Positions 49,622-63,559 of a DNA stretch of 64,000 bases are shown piece by piece; position 1 is the first letter of the stretch; the number at the start of each line of letters is the position of its first letter. Made by a program: the position numbers and the translations under genes. The notes below the pieces were generated by a model. The model was given only the letters and a program-made list of their open reading frames with translations, was not told the DNA's origin and searched no databases. This stretch comes from Octopus sinensis (taxonomy: Eukaryota): assembly GCF_006345805.1 (NCBI RefSeq), contig NC_043013.1, forward strand, positions 15,624,001 to 15,688,000, written 5' to 3'.

Positions 49622-51222
49622 GCATTCTGACCCGAGGTAATCTCCACCATTGTTGATTTCCGTTGTTACAGAATGAATAAGTAGGTGGAAAACGAAGATT
49701 AAAAAAAAAGAGAAATTTGAAGAATGATTGACAATACTTCTTTGCATACGTCCCCCCTTCTTTCAATGAAATGGAAGAGAAAGCAATGGAGGAAAGCAAA
49801 GGTAATAAAAGAAAATTGATTGAAATTATCTCTTTACATACGTACCTCCCTCTTTCAATGAAAAAGAACGCTAAGACTAGACTGGGAGAAAGAAAAGAAT
49901 GTGATGGAATCACGAAGCAGTAAATAACAAAAGACACCATTGTCATGTAGATACCGTTATTTCATGAAGGAGAAATATCCGGCTAGTTTTATTTTATTTT
50001 TTTATTTTTCCTTCTATAATATCTTGTCTTCTGTATTTACACTATCACCTGACGCATGGCTCTGCAGAAAACAGCAACAAAAGCAAACAAGATAGCTATC
50101 GTTTGTTAGCAAAAACAAAAAGAAGTGTTGAGGAGAGGGAATAATTTCTGTAAATAAAGAAAGTGATGTCGGTAAGACCCCAATCAATAATCTTTGTTTG
50201 TCACCTCCTTTCTCTTCAACTGTCCAAACGACACAACTTTCAAATAACGTTTGTTTGCAGTGGAAAAAGATAAATTTCACTAAGCTTAAGAGAAAAATCT
50301 CTATATACACGATGGACGTCAGAAGAAGAGTAAAAAATGAAGAGGAATTGTTCGCAAAAACAATGGAGGTTTTATATGCAGAGTTTAAAGTAAGATCACA
50401 AATTGGTGCGAAAAGAGATTAACTTATGATGTGCTTTCTCGCGAAACTTTCAAAAATATGGACAGAATCTCGATTCGGATTAACGGTGAGAGTGGCTCTC
50501 GGTTCACTTTAAGTTTGCTCTTCTCGTTGAATGAAGAATATCAGATAATAAAACAAAAGTGTAAAACGATTTTGTAATTCTTTGTGACCATTTTAATGCT
50601 AAAAAGAAATATAAAAGAAAACAGGCTTTCCCAATTTCTAATATTAATGAAAATAAAAGAGGTCAGGACGATCAGAACGGTCATTGGGTTGAAATTCCGG
50701 CAAAGTTTAACAGGTTTTTTTAAGTCAAAAAGCTTTAAAATAATCTTTTGGTAAAGACTTTTCTCTCTCGTCTACTAAACTAAACTACGCTGGCATAGAT
50801 AAATCTTTCCGGTGCAAAATCTTTGTAAACCCACAATTGAGAGAGCTAGCACTTGAAATACAACACCTATATTCATTGTATTTCATAACAATTAGAAGAA
50901 GGAGGCTAGGGCTTTTTTTTAGTGCCTTCACGAGTGGTAGGAAAGAGGGAGACTTGAAAAAGTTACCCTCAGACCTGGAAATTCGGCCAAATACTTGCAA
51001 CGAATTAATTATACATCACGAAAGTCATCACACGCAGTCTTTCCTCTAAATTTTACTTACTAGCTATTGATCGACTCAACAGCAACACAGTAGGATTGAA
51101 CCTCCAGCCTGTTCCATCGTGTAGGTTGCTAGGGGAACTCTTTACCCACACAGCAAGGCCGGCGTCTACTGTCTTTTTCTGTCCACGAACAGATAGAATT
51201 AACAATGATATCAATAATTAGG

Positions 51223-51640
51223 AGGGCGGCGAGCTGGTAGAATTGTTAGCAAGCCAGGCAAAATGCTTAGCAGCATTTCGTCCGTCTTTACGTTCTGAGT
51301 TCAAATTCCGCCGAAGGCAGCTTTGCTTTTATCCTTTCGGGGTCGATAAAATAAGTATTAGATGAGCACTGGGGTCGTTGTAATTGACTTATTCCCTCCC
51401 CCAAAATTGCTGGCCTTGTGCCAAAATTTGAAACCAATATTAATAACAAGAGGCAGCAAGCTGGCAGAGTTGTTAGCAGACCGGACAAAATGCTTAGCAG
51501 CATTTCGTCCGTCTTTACGTTCTGAGTTCAAATTCCGCTGGAGTCGACTTTGCCTTTCATTCTTTCGGGATATTTAATAAAAAAAGTACCTGTTGAGCAC
51601 AAATTTGCCTGGCCTTGTGCCGAAATTTGAAACCAATATT
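51223..51640 (+). mobile_element. Tandem family A SINEs
   Basis: Two consecutive copies. Confidence 0.85.
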
Positions 51641-53646
51641 TAATACAACTAGTAATAAGGTACAGATAAGGACTAAATGTCCACCCTAGGCATATCAATC
51701 AGCTGAGTGGGCTGGAGTGTCTTGGCCAAGGACAACAACGCACTTCCCGGGCCAGGAATCGAAACCAAGATGTTTTGACCTTAAAGTCCATTTGACCAAG
51801 CGCCTTCTCTGATGACTAGAACTCATCTTTTATTATGATGGTGTTGAAAGGCAGACTAAATGACTTCCGCTATTTAATAAGTTACCTTTAAAATCGGAAT
51901 TCAGATCTTGAAGTGTTCAAGTTATGTCTTACCGTTCTGAGGTCTGTATCATGGGCTCCAAACACTAGTTGGCGACAGATTTAACTACTTCTTTTCAGGC
52001 CTTGTTTCTATAATAAAGAGATTTAACAACTTGTTTTCTTCCTTCAAAATTTTAAGAGACTAAAACTTAGATGACATTAAGTAATCCCAATAATGGTTTC
52101 AAATTTTGGTAGAGGGCCAGCAGTTTTTGAAGAGGGGATAAGTCGTTCCATCGACTCCAGTACTCAATTGGTACTTATTTTATCGACCTCGGAAAGCTGA
52201 AAGTGCATGCTTAGAGTAGAGCAACCATCCAAACTAACCATTTTTGTTGCTGTCATTCATCTTTTCACAAACGAGGGCTTGACCGAAAAGGAAGATGTCT
52301 TTCCTCACTCTGCTTTAGTAATCCTAATAATAGTAATAAACATGTTAATTTAAAATTAATGTTTTCGTTTTTTTAGCCCTAAGTCAACCCTGATCAGAAA
52401 GACGTGTAATCAAAGGAATTCCAACTATAAACATCCTGTCTTTATTTTTTCAGCTATACTATACTCTGGATTACATAATAAGGGATGCAGTAGAAAAATA
52501 TTCCATATTTTACACGGCCACTGGTGTAAAATGTATGAGTTTTTTTTAATCATTTTTACTGCACCCTGTACAATGCACCCTTCCGTTTATAATGAGGGTA
52601 GATTGAGATTTCAAGGAGACTTAGAATCGACATCATTCAAACCATGACTTGACCTTTTAGAGATATCTACGATTACGTCACCGAAAGTCTTTTTCTTTTT
52701 TTAAGATGAGATGACTTGATGAAATTTTGGTCGCTATTAGCAGCGAGTCGAGGGAACATATATAAGCTCCCTTTACGTTTCTTTTGGTTTCAGCTAGTGC
52801 TTTTCCCGTATTTTAAACTATCATCCCTCTTATTTTACTGACACTCTTTCAATGCCCCCACCCCTTGCTACAATTCAACCCCGCCCAATCTTTATATATG
52901 CAGTATTAGTAGGCCAGAGTAAGTTAGTTCTGGTTTGACGTGGTTTACTACTAGCCACACAACACCCTACTATAAGTGACTACTGTGAGAATAGGTGGCG
53001 TATGCTAGGTTTTTATTTTATTCACATTTCGTAGGCTATTATTATTGTTGATGTTGTCGTTGTGATTGTCATTGTCGTTGTTGTTGTGCAAGGTTATCAT
53101 CATAATATTGCATTTTAGAGTTATTTTAAAAGTTGCGATGACGTATAATACGTTCTGGTGGATATCTTAATCGCTGTTGCATTTCGCCTTCGGAGAATAT
53201 CTTATCTTTCCAGATGATGCGTGTTGAGAGAAAACTCGACTCATTGACGTAGGGAGGCCTTGATACGCCGATGTTTCGAGCTGGTTATATCTCTTCAGTC
53301 AATGGTATTCCCGGATCACTGAAACTAAACAACGATAGTGGTTCTTGTTTTCGGAATTCATGTGATTAGGATAATTTATTTTAAAAATTCATATTCAAGT
53401 CGGAGGCAAAGATAAAACTGTACAGATTCTGCTATTACCTACACCCACGCTCGCACGCACGCGCACGCACACACACATACACACACACACACATTTATAG
53501 TACCCTTTCCTTTGTACTTGTACTCATACAAAATTTCCTACCGCCCGATTTGGAGTGGTATAGGCTGACTACAACCGGAAGTGATATCGCAGATGCGTTG
53601 GACAAATTCAGGTTTCAAAACGCATTATGGCATCATTTTTACTCAC

Positions 53647-53728
53647 CCAGACTACTTTGAGTCTTCTGAAGGACATTTTTCTATGGCTTTATCAGTTTGT
53701 TTTCTAATATGGGCTTTCGATATTTATA
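53647..53728 (-). promoter_or_regulatory. Candidate TATA box plus short first exon
   Basis: TATAAATA at 53728-53721, CA about 30 nt downstream, donor TGG|gtgagt at 53646; CCGGAAGTG and CCGCCC nearby. Confidence 0.3.
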
Positions 53729-54312
53729 GACAGTGTCTCTAGAATATCTATCTTTAAATATTTTTAGGGGATTGGGAAGATAAACAAGAACTGAACTGGG
53801 AGAGAACAAGTTTCTAACTTATACCGGTCATCTCTGTAATAAATTTGATTTATTTTAATTTTTTCTAGTTTTGTTGTTGTTTGGCTCTAGATGAGTTCTG
53901 GTATGAGAAGATCAATGAACCAAAGCGTTTCATCCGTTATAATCCAGTCACCCAGTCTTTATTTTAAACAATGTATCTAGTTCTATGTTACTCTGTAATC
54001 AATGTCCTTCCGTTTTATTTTCGAAAGAGGAGAATGCGAAAGACTAGCGATCGACCGAATCAATAAATCATTCCATAAATTCCTTGGGGGTATTTGTTCC
54101 TTTTCTTTGTCTCCTGAGTTGAAATCCGCTTAAGTTGAAATCCGCTTTGTCCCTCATCCTTCCGAAGTCGATAAGATAAAGTATCAATCAAGTACTGGAG
54201 TCAATTGGGTATCGTTGCTTTCAAGAAAACAGCATCAACGTTTCAAAAACGTATTTAATAATGCTGCCTCGATAAAAAATAAAAGCGAAACAAAAACAAA
54301 AAAATTAAGCAT

Positions 54313-54485
54313 GAACGCAGGCATGGGTGTGTGATAAGAAACTTACTTCCCAACCACATGATTTCGCAATGCGTTGGACCTTGAGCAAGTGTCTTCTCGT
54401 ATAACCCAAGGTCGACCAAAGCCTTGTGAGTAGATTTGGTGAAAGGAAATTGAAAAAACCCGTTGTGTGTGTGTTTATATATATA

Positions 54486-54532
<47 letters not shown>

Positions 54533-54720
54533 TGTCCCTGCCACATCGCTTGACAACAGGTGTTGGTTTGTCTATATCCTGTTACTTAGTGGTATGGCAA
54601 AAGAAACCGATAGAATACGTAGCAGACTTTAAAAATAAGTACTAGAGTCGGTTTCTTCGACAAAATCCCTCCAAGGTTGTGCCCAGAGTGGCCAAAGTCC
54701 AATGAAGGCAACAAATAAAA
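54313..54720 (+). mobile_element. Family B SINE (diverged)
   Basis: Matches family B. Confidence 0.75.
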
Positions 54721-55871
54721 GATATAAACAGAAGTAATGAAAACTACATCGCGGTAGAGTCATAAAAATCAATTAAAACACCCCTTCATTGTTATATTGA
54801 CTGTTGACAATTATTTCTCGATAGTATTGTATGTTACAAAGCAGAGATAGGCGGAATGTTATTGTCATTAACAACCCTGCTTTAGAAAGGTCATTTACAT
54901 GCCTAGATGTAATTTAGATTTAATGATTTTTTTTTATAACATGATATTGTGGGTGTCTTTTTTTTCAAAGTCAATCATGTGTCACCTAAAACCCTGCAGC
55001 ATATCAGTGGTGACACGAATATCATAAGTTGTTTATCACAGTTATAACGTATCAAGGAGTGATTCGTCGCTCAGATTTTGTGTTTATGTAATAATAAGGT
55101 TAAAGCATACTAATAATTTTTAACTTAGGTAGAAATCCAGTATTCTTTTGTTGACCTTGAAAGTATTGAGATACAATATCGAATTCGGTGAGATTTGAAC
55201 TCACAACGTCAAAATATGTGATCATATACTGCTATACATTTTGCCCGACGCTCTTCTAGTTCTGCAAGTCCAAAAGAAACCGAATGGATAAGAGTTATTA
55301 GCAACCAGCTGACAGACCATTATTTCTGATTTTAGCACCTACCTCTTTCCACACTCACTTTCCTTCGCAAGAACTTGAAGAAGCTGATGAGGATTTCGTT
55401 GAAGTAGAAACTGCCAGTCGCCAGTCCTTTCAATTACACCCACCACACAATCTCTTTTGCCGTAGACCAGGACGCCCTAGCCACCAAACGGCCCAATGAA
55501 GGCAGTAAGGTTGATGTTCACAACAAACTCAACTGAAAGCCGGAAACTCCATGCAACGACAGCTATTTGAGAACACTTCCCAGATCAACAATACTAGAAC
55601 ACTAGGCTAAAGTTTTTAGAACAGTTTCGTCGCTCTGAGCCTTTATCGGACAGGTTCAATTTACAGTACTTTGGTGTCTCTAGAGTTTGTCTGGGCCAGC
55701 CAAGACAGTCGGTAGCAGCATTGGGCAGACAAGTCCCTTGTCTGGAAGTCTTACGAAGTAGACGACTGTTCAGTTTATCTTCGTCGACATCGAAAGTGTC
55801 GTCACTATTGCGGCTCTGACAACGGTGCCAATCCAAAATATTGTTAGTGCTGACGTCATGAGTCACGTAGC

Positions 55872-56100
55872 TTAACCCTTTAGTGTTTAAACCGGCTGTA
55901 TCTGGCCCAAATATTCTACACATTTTTATGCTCAAACTGGCCAGAACCAGCATCTCACACCTACCCTGCAATGTCATTCTAAAAATAAGCAATTATATCT
56001 TTCCTATCTTGAAGCTACAAAATAATATCAGATAAACTTTTTTTAATGTGAATAAATCAGGATTACTTTTGACAAATTAATCTGAATGCTAAAGGGTTAA
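55872..56100. mobile_element. piggyBac-type MITE
   Basis: TTAA|CCCTTTAG ... CTAAAGGG|TTAA: TIRs with TTAA target duplication. Confidence 0.85.
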
Positions 56101-56169
56101 TGGTGCAGAGCGCTTAACCATAGTTTCAGAGATACGGTATTCGTTTCTTTTTAGCTAATCACTTTTTTT

Positions 56170-56390
56170 AAGGCAGCGAACTGCCTGAATCATTAGCACG
56201 CGGGGTAAAGTGCTTAGCGGTATTTCGTCTGTCTTTTTATGTTCTGAGCCCCAATTTTGCCAAGGTCGACTTTACCTTTCATCCTTTCGGGCTTGATAAA
56301 ATAAGTACCACTTGGGTACTGGGGTCGATGTAATCGACTTATCCCTGCTATGAATTTGCTGGCCATGTGCCAAAATTTGAAATCAGTATA
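56170..56390 (+). mobile_element. Family A SINE
   Basis: Matches family A. Confidence 0.8.
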
Positions 56391-56811
56391 TTATTAATGC
56401 TGTTACATATCTAATCCTTTAATCCATAGAACCCACTAAATCCATAGAAGGTAAGGGTTAACGTACTCTCGACCACATTGCTTGATTGGGGGTCAGACAA
56501 CAGTGAGAAAATGACAACATTCCAGATGCTAAATGTCCGGTTTTTGTCTTTGATCCAAGATTACAACTCCGTAAAAAAGCAGAAGTATAGGGGAAAAAAA
56601 GGTGTCTGACAAAGGGAGACAATAGGCACCACCCACTTACCGTCCAAGAACTTATGTACATACAACAACTCCAGTAGAAGTTTGCACATCATAAGCTGCA
56701 GAATATTGCAGTTCCATCCCGGGCAGAAAGTATAGGCGGGAGATGGCCCAGTAGAACGCATAGCGGACACTTTGGTATGCATTCTTAATGTTTTAATATA
56801 AATTCGTTCCA

Positions 56812-57185
56812 AAGACGGCGAGCTGGCAGAAACGTTAGCACGCCTGGCGAAATGCTTAGCAGTATTTCGTCTGCCGCTACGTTCAGAGTTCAAATTCCAC
56901 CGAGGTCACCTTTGACTTTCGTCCTTTTGGGGTTGATAAATTAAGCACCAGCTGCATACTGAGATTGATTTAATCGATTGGCCCCTCCCCAAAAATTTCA
57001 GACCTTGAGCCTAGAGTAGAAAAGGATATAAATTCTTTCTAACTTTGGCACAAGGCCAAGTATTTTAGTGCGAGGAGGTTAGTCGATGACTTCGACCTCA
57101 ATACTCAACTTTATTCTATCGACTCCCGAAAGGATGAAAGGCATAGTTGACCTCGTTGGTATTTGAACTCAGAATGTTAAGAACC
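56812..57185. mobile_element. Tail-to-tail inverted pair of family A SINEs
   Basis: Plus copy 56812-57025 (TSD-like ATATAAATTC) immediately followed by a minus copy to ~57185. Confidence 0.75.
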
Positions 57186-58040
57186 GGGAAGAATGTTTGA
57201 TATAAATGAAAAAAATGAAGGTATTTCCCGATCATAAACTTTTCTGTGATTTGATCTGTTGTCCACAAAGAGAAGAGATGGGGTCTGAGGGTTTTGTGTC
57301 AATAGATTCTATATTGGGATGACATGGTCTTTAATTGGTTACAGAAACATGAGGGATTGTATATATATATATATATAATATATGTGTGTGATCTGTGTGT
57401 ATGTATGTATGATTGTGTGTGTGTGTAAGGGAAGTGGTAAGGGTCCACGCCAAAGTTAATGTTTGGCTTAACCATACAAACGTCTTGGACAATTTTAGTG
57501 AGCGTCGTTATTTAGGTTTTAACGATTTTAATTAGGACAGCAAATTAAACAATAGGTAAGCGGAGAGCGGGGTTGAGGTGTATAAATAGAGCTACAAGGT
57601 CACACACGGGGGGGGGGAGAAATCTATAAATCTAACAGTAAAATAAAATTAAATAGAATTTTAAAAAATAAAACAAAATAATATACAAATAAATTAACGA
57701 ATGTCTGTGATTCTTATTGATTTACGGTGAGCAACAAATAGCCTGTAAAGTGGTGAAAGTAATACGGATTCAATTCTCAGTTGTAGACTAATATATAATT
57801 AGTTTATAAATGTGTCGATAGCGTAACTCTTCAACGTCGTAAAACATCATTTTCTATTTCACTATTTTCTTTCAATTTTTTAAAAAGATATCTTTTGTTC
57901 AGTGTATCACCGAGTCAAGGAGGAAGCCACTACTTGGTTAATCGACCGACTATAACTAATATCCACATTTCAAAGCACAACCTACTGTTGGGGGGGGGGG
58001 TTATACATTACCTCACGGTATTCATATTGCCTCTGTCACT

Positions 58041-58075
<35 letters not shown>

Positions 58076-58267
58076 ATAATAAAAATAAAGGGTAAAATTA
58101 ATTAATTAATTAATAATTAATAATTTTACCCAAGTAGTTCGGTAAACTGCATGAGTTGTTGAGTATTGCTGTCTGAGAGATATCTTATGGTAGTAGAATA
58201 GTAGTTTAACTGCTATTTCTAAATTTCGGTATGTGGTGAAGCAATTTTGGTGAACCCTAATTATAAT

Positions 58268-58366
<99 letters not shown>

Positions 58367-58488
58367 GTATATGTATGTATATATATATATATATACTTTT
58401 AACAAGCTCACGGGCTAATCGCTCCACCAGCGCCTGCTCTTGCATTATTTTTCTATATATCGCTGACGGGGATGTGAATTACTGCCAT

Positions 58489-59346
58489 CTAAACCCAAAC
58501 CTAACCCTAACCCTAACCCTAACCCTAAATCCAACCCTAACCCTAACCCTAACCCTAACCCCTAACCCTAACCCTAACCCTAACCCTAACACTAACCCTA
58601 ACCCTAACCCTAGCCCTAACCCTAGCCCTAACCCTGACCCTAACCCTAACCCCAACCCTAACCCTAACCCTAACCCTACCCTAACCCTAACCCTAACCCT
58701 GACCCTAACCCAAACCCTAACCCTAAACCTAACCCTAACCCAAACCCTAACCCTAACCCTAACCCTAACGCTAACCCTAACCCTAACCCTAACCCTAACC
58801 TTAACTCTAACCCTAACCCTAACCCCTAACCCATAACCCCCAACCCTAACCCTAATCCTAACCCTAACCCTAACCCTAACACTAACACTAACCCTAACCC
58901 TAGCCCTAGCCCAAGCCCTAACCCTAACCCTAACCCTAAACATAACCCTAAACATAACCCCAAACCCCTAACCCTAAACATAACACTAAACATAACCCCA
59001 AACCCCTAACCCTAACCCTAACCCTAAACCTAACCTTAACCCTAACCCTAACCCTTAACCCCTAACCCTAACCCTTACCCTAACCCTAACCCTAACCCCT
59101 AACCCTAACTCTAACCCTAACACTAACCCTAAACCTAACCCTAACACTAGCCCTAACTCTAACCCTAACGCTAACCCTAACCCTTACCCTAACCATAACC
59201 CTAACCCTAACCCCTAACCCCTAACCCTAACCCTAACCCTAACCCAAACCCTAACCCTAACCCTAACCCTATCCCTAACCCCTAACCCTATCCCTAACCC
59301 TAACCCTAACCCTAACCCTAAATCTAATCCTAACCCTAACCCTAAC
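58489..59346 (-). repeat. Interstitial telomeric array (TTAGGG)n, about 140 degenerate units
   Basis: (CCCTAA)n on plus with variants CACTAA, CCCTAG, CCCCTAA, CATAAC, CCTTAA. Confidence 0.97.
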
Positions 59347-60194
59347 GAAGCTAAGTCAAAATCCCGTGATCTGGTGGTCTCGTGGCTGGAGACTGCGGGG
59401 GCTTGTCTCCCCGCTAGTGATATTAACAAGTGTGCATTTTGCACAAAAGAAGCCTATATGATAGCTACTCTCGTGGTGTCTACCGCAATGCAGTTTGTTT
59501 CTAACAGAACATCCACGTTTAAGTAGGGATACATATTATCTCTTGGTATTAATGCTACCTCTGTCACTAAAATATATTTAACAACCTACTGTCTTAAGAA
59601 AATAGGGAGGAAATAAAAAGCAACCAGCATGTCAAATCATTCCCTGATTCCAATGATTGAAACAAGGAAAAAATAAACGATACATATATAGCTGTGTGCA
59701 CGCGCCCGAGTATGTATATATATATATATATACGTGCGTGTGTGTTACCCCTACATGAGCATCCCAGATGTGGGCCTACCTACAAAAATCTATTTTACAT
59801 TGGGTGCACCCAATGTAAAAGCGGCTCACAGCAACCACAAACAGGATATGTCTATTCATCTCTAACAATAGAGAGCAGTCGCCATATTTCATTCTATAAC
59901 CGCTACCTCTGAAGAGGGCTGGATTGCATAATTGGACTGTTATTTGACACTCCGTTGAAACCCTACTGCGAAACCGATTGGTAAGATCGGCTGCAATGGA
60001 TATATAATATTGTACACTTCGATTAATATACGTGTGTGTGTGTGTACGTACATATATATATATTATATATATATATATATATATGACTACCGGTCTATAC
60101 TTGACTAATGGTTCGTTCCGAAGTATATGTATATTGAGATCTACACCAGGTTATTCGTTTCATAATGCCTGAGCGATATGTGTGTGTGTGTATA

Positions 60195-60244
<50 letters not shown>

Positions 60245-60289
60245 GCATGTATGTGTGTGTGTGTAGCTCTAGATTTTCTAATATCGGTA

Positions 60290-60520
60290 TTGATTTTAAA
60301 TTTTGGCACAGGGCCACCAATTTCGGGAGGGGGGGTAGGAGGAATGACTCGATTACATCGACCCCAGTGCTCAACTAATACTTGTTTTATCGACACCGAG
60401 AGGGACGAAAAGCAAAGTCGACCTCGACTGCATTTACACACTCGGAACGTAAAAAGTCGCAAGAAATTCCGATATGCAGTTTTAGCCAGCGTGCTAATTA
60501 ATGACTATGCCAGCTCACCG
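60290..60520 (-). mobile_element. Family A SINE (diverged)
   Basis: Matches family A. Confidence 0.75.
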
Positions 60521-60739
60521 CTTTACTTTCGAATATCAATACTAACATTATTATACGTATTCAATATTTCCAAATTAACACCAATACATTAATAATACAA
60601 TAACAATCATATATTTTGAGTTTTGCTAACATTTCTGCCTATTTTGTCAATAATAGCACCAAATTTCCTGAAAACGGAAGTAAATGAAGAAACACACACA
60701 CACACATTTCCATCTTCGACTTCGTTTTTCTATAAATTT

Positions 60740-61567
<828 letters not shown>

Positions 61568-61900
61568 TGTCTTTGAGAAGGAAATACAGCGAAACGAAAA
61601 CTAAACCAAAACTAAATCTCAATTGTTGTAAAGTCGGTATTTTTCTGCAATTCTGTTGTTGTTGTTGTTGTTGTTTGTTTTTCTGCATTTGTTTTAAGAC
61701 GTGCTCGGCCAGACATTGTTAGCGGTGAAACATTGTTTAAGCATCATATTTACTCACTAAAATTTACAAAAGCACACAGAATCAATGCCAACATTTCTGG
61801 TGACATTTCTCTCTCTTTCTCTCTGTTTATGTGTGTGTGTGTACATACATACATACACACATACATACATACATACATACATACATCATACATACATACA

Positions 61901-61933
<33 letters not shown>

Positions 61934-62509
61934 TCACACATATATTCATATATATAAATACACACACACACACACATATATATAATATGCATGTGTGTGT
62001 GTGTGTGCGTGTCTGCGTGTAATGTAGAAATGTTTGGTTTGAGTAGCAAGACAGTGGTAGTAAGGGGGGTAACTATTTTTTTGTTATCGATTTGTTTTTA
62101 TTTTATTTTATTTATTTACTATTATTATTATTACTTTTTTCGTTTCCACTTTCCGTCTTCATATATTTCACATATTTCATGAATACTTGCCCACTGTCGA
62201 CCCTGGCCGGCATAACTTCTCTGTTCAGTGAGATTTTGAGGCCATACAGGCAATGGTGACCAAACCCCCACCTCTTCATATTTCTCAATGCATATTAAAC
62301 ATTTTTGGGGCGTCAGATAAAGATGGGTGGGAGATCACGTGATGTCCAAGACGAGAGGATATTAGGAGGAAACGGATATCTATTTGCTCCTTGCTCTTGA
62401 GTTCAAAATCCTGAACCAATGAACTCTCATTGCGCAATACAACCCGATCGGTTAGAAACAGATGTCATATCTTCTTCAAATCAGACCCTCACTCTTTAAA
62501 AAAACAAGT

Positions 62510-62800
62510 GCACATAGGCGTGGCTGAGGGGTAAGAAGCTTGCCTCCCAGCCACATGGTTCCGGGTTCTGTCTCACTGCTTGGGCAAGTGTCTTCTGCCA
62601 TAGCCTCGAGCCTTGTGAGTGGATTTGGTAGACGGAAACTGAAAGAAGCCCGTTGTATATATATACATACATACATACATGCATACACATATATGTGTGT
62701 GTGTCACGTCCCTGGTGTGTTTACGTCCCTGTAACACAGCAGTTCGGCAAAAGAGACCAATAGAGTAAGTACCCGGCTTTTAAAAAAAGTACTGTTGACG
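62510..62800 (+). mobile_element. Family B SINE (partial)
   Basis: Matches family B. Confidence 0.78.
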
Positions 62801-63059
62801 ATTCATTCACCGAGGTCGACTTTGCTCTTCGTCCCTGGGAATCGATGTAATCGACTTAGAACCTTCTCCGAAATTGCTGACTTTGTACCAAAACTTGAAA
62901 GTAATATTTACAATGTGGTATCACAATGTGGGCTGTTGACGGACAAATGTCTGAACCAGGGTTATGTGGAGAAGACATTGACCAAGTCCCCGCAAAAGTT
63001 ATTCTAAAAGAAACACTAAGGCTCTTTTTTTTTTTTTGTAGAAACACATATTTACCATA

Positions 63060-63430
63060 ACGGATTCTTTCACAAATCCATCCGTCCATCTCTTCCGACC
63101 ACTGTTCCGGGGAAGGTCATGGAGGAAGAGTCCCCAGGCACCTCCTCTATAGGATCCTATGAGAAGCAACAGACATTAGGCCTTCCAACTGGATTCTCAA
63201 GTGTACCCGATTGAAACTATGGATATCACCCAGCCATCTTATTTTTGGTCCACCCAGAGGTCCTCGGTCGGCTGGCTCGGCTTGAAGAATGTCTTGCCAC
63301 CTTTTTCTGTAACATTCTAATCACATGCTAGTTGTGCTGGAGCTGACCTCATAATGCAAAATAGCGGTTCGACCTGGAGAGAATCCCTGATATCCGAATA
63401 CGCATCCTGTCGAGTAATGTTTCTTCAGAG
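63060..63430 (-). mobile_element. RTE-clade LINE 3' fragment
   Basis: Minus frame ..RPRTSGWTK/IRWLGDIH and 3' UTR ending GATGGACGGATGG, typical of RTE ends. Confidence 0.6.
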
Positions 63431-63559
63431 GGGCCCATCTCGGGCACAAATGATAATTCGAAGTCTTGACAAAAAATAGCATCGTTCCCAGAAAAACGTT
63501 TTGAATTTCAATTCAGGTATAAAAAGGATTCTGCCATAAGGCCTTGACAATAAAGAATG

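Noticed and set aside
53267-53302. Minus-strand CTGAAGA...CTCGAAAC hammerhead-like motif
   Set aside because: Stem II is only 2 bp and stems I and III do not pair; at most a heavily decayed relic.
55594-55992. 132-aa minus-strand ORF
   Set aside because: Starts inside a piggyBac MITE and has no recognisable domain.
56641-56790. GC-richer segment ending in G|GTAAGT as an upstream exon
   Set aside because: No recognisable protein in any frame and no clear acceptor or TATA; bounded by a SINE insertion. Cannot be excluded without RNA data.
58351-59444. ORFs rich in LTLT/PNPN/VRVR/GLGL
   Set aside because: Translations of the telomeric hexamer array.
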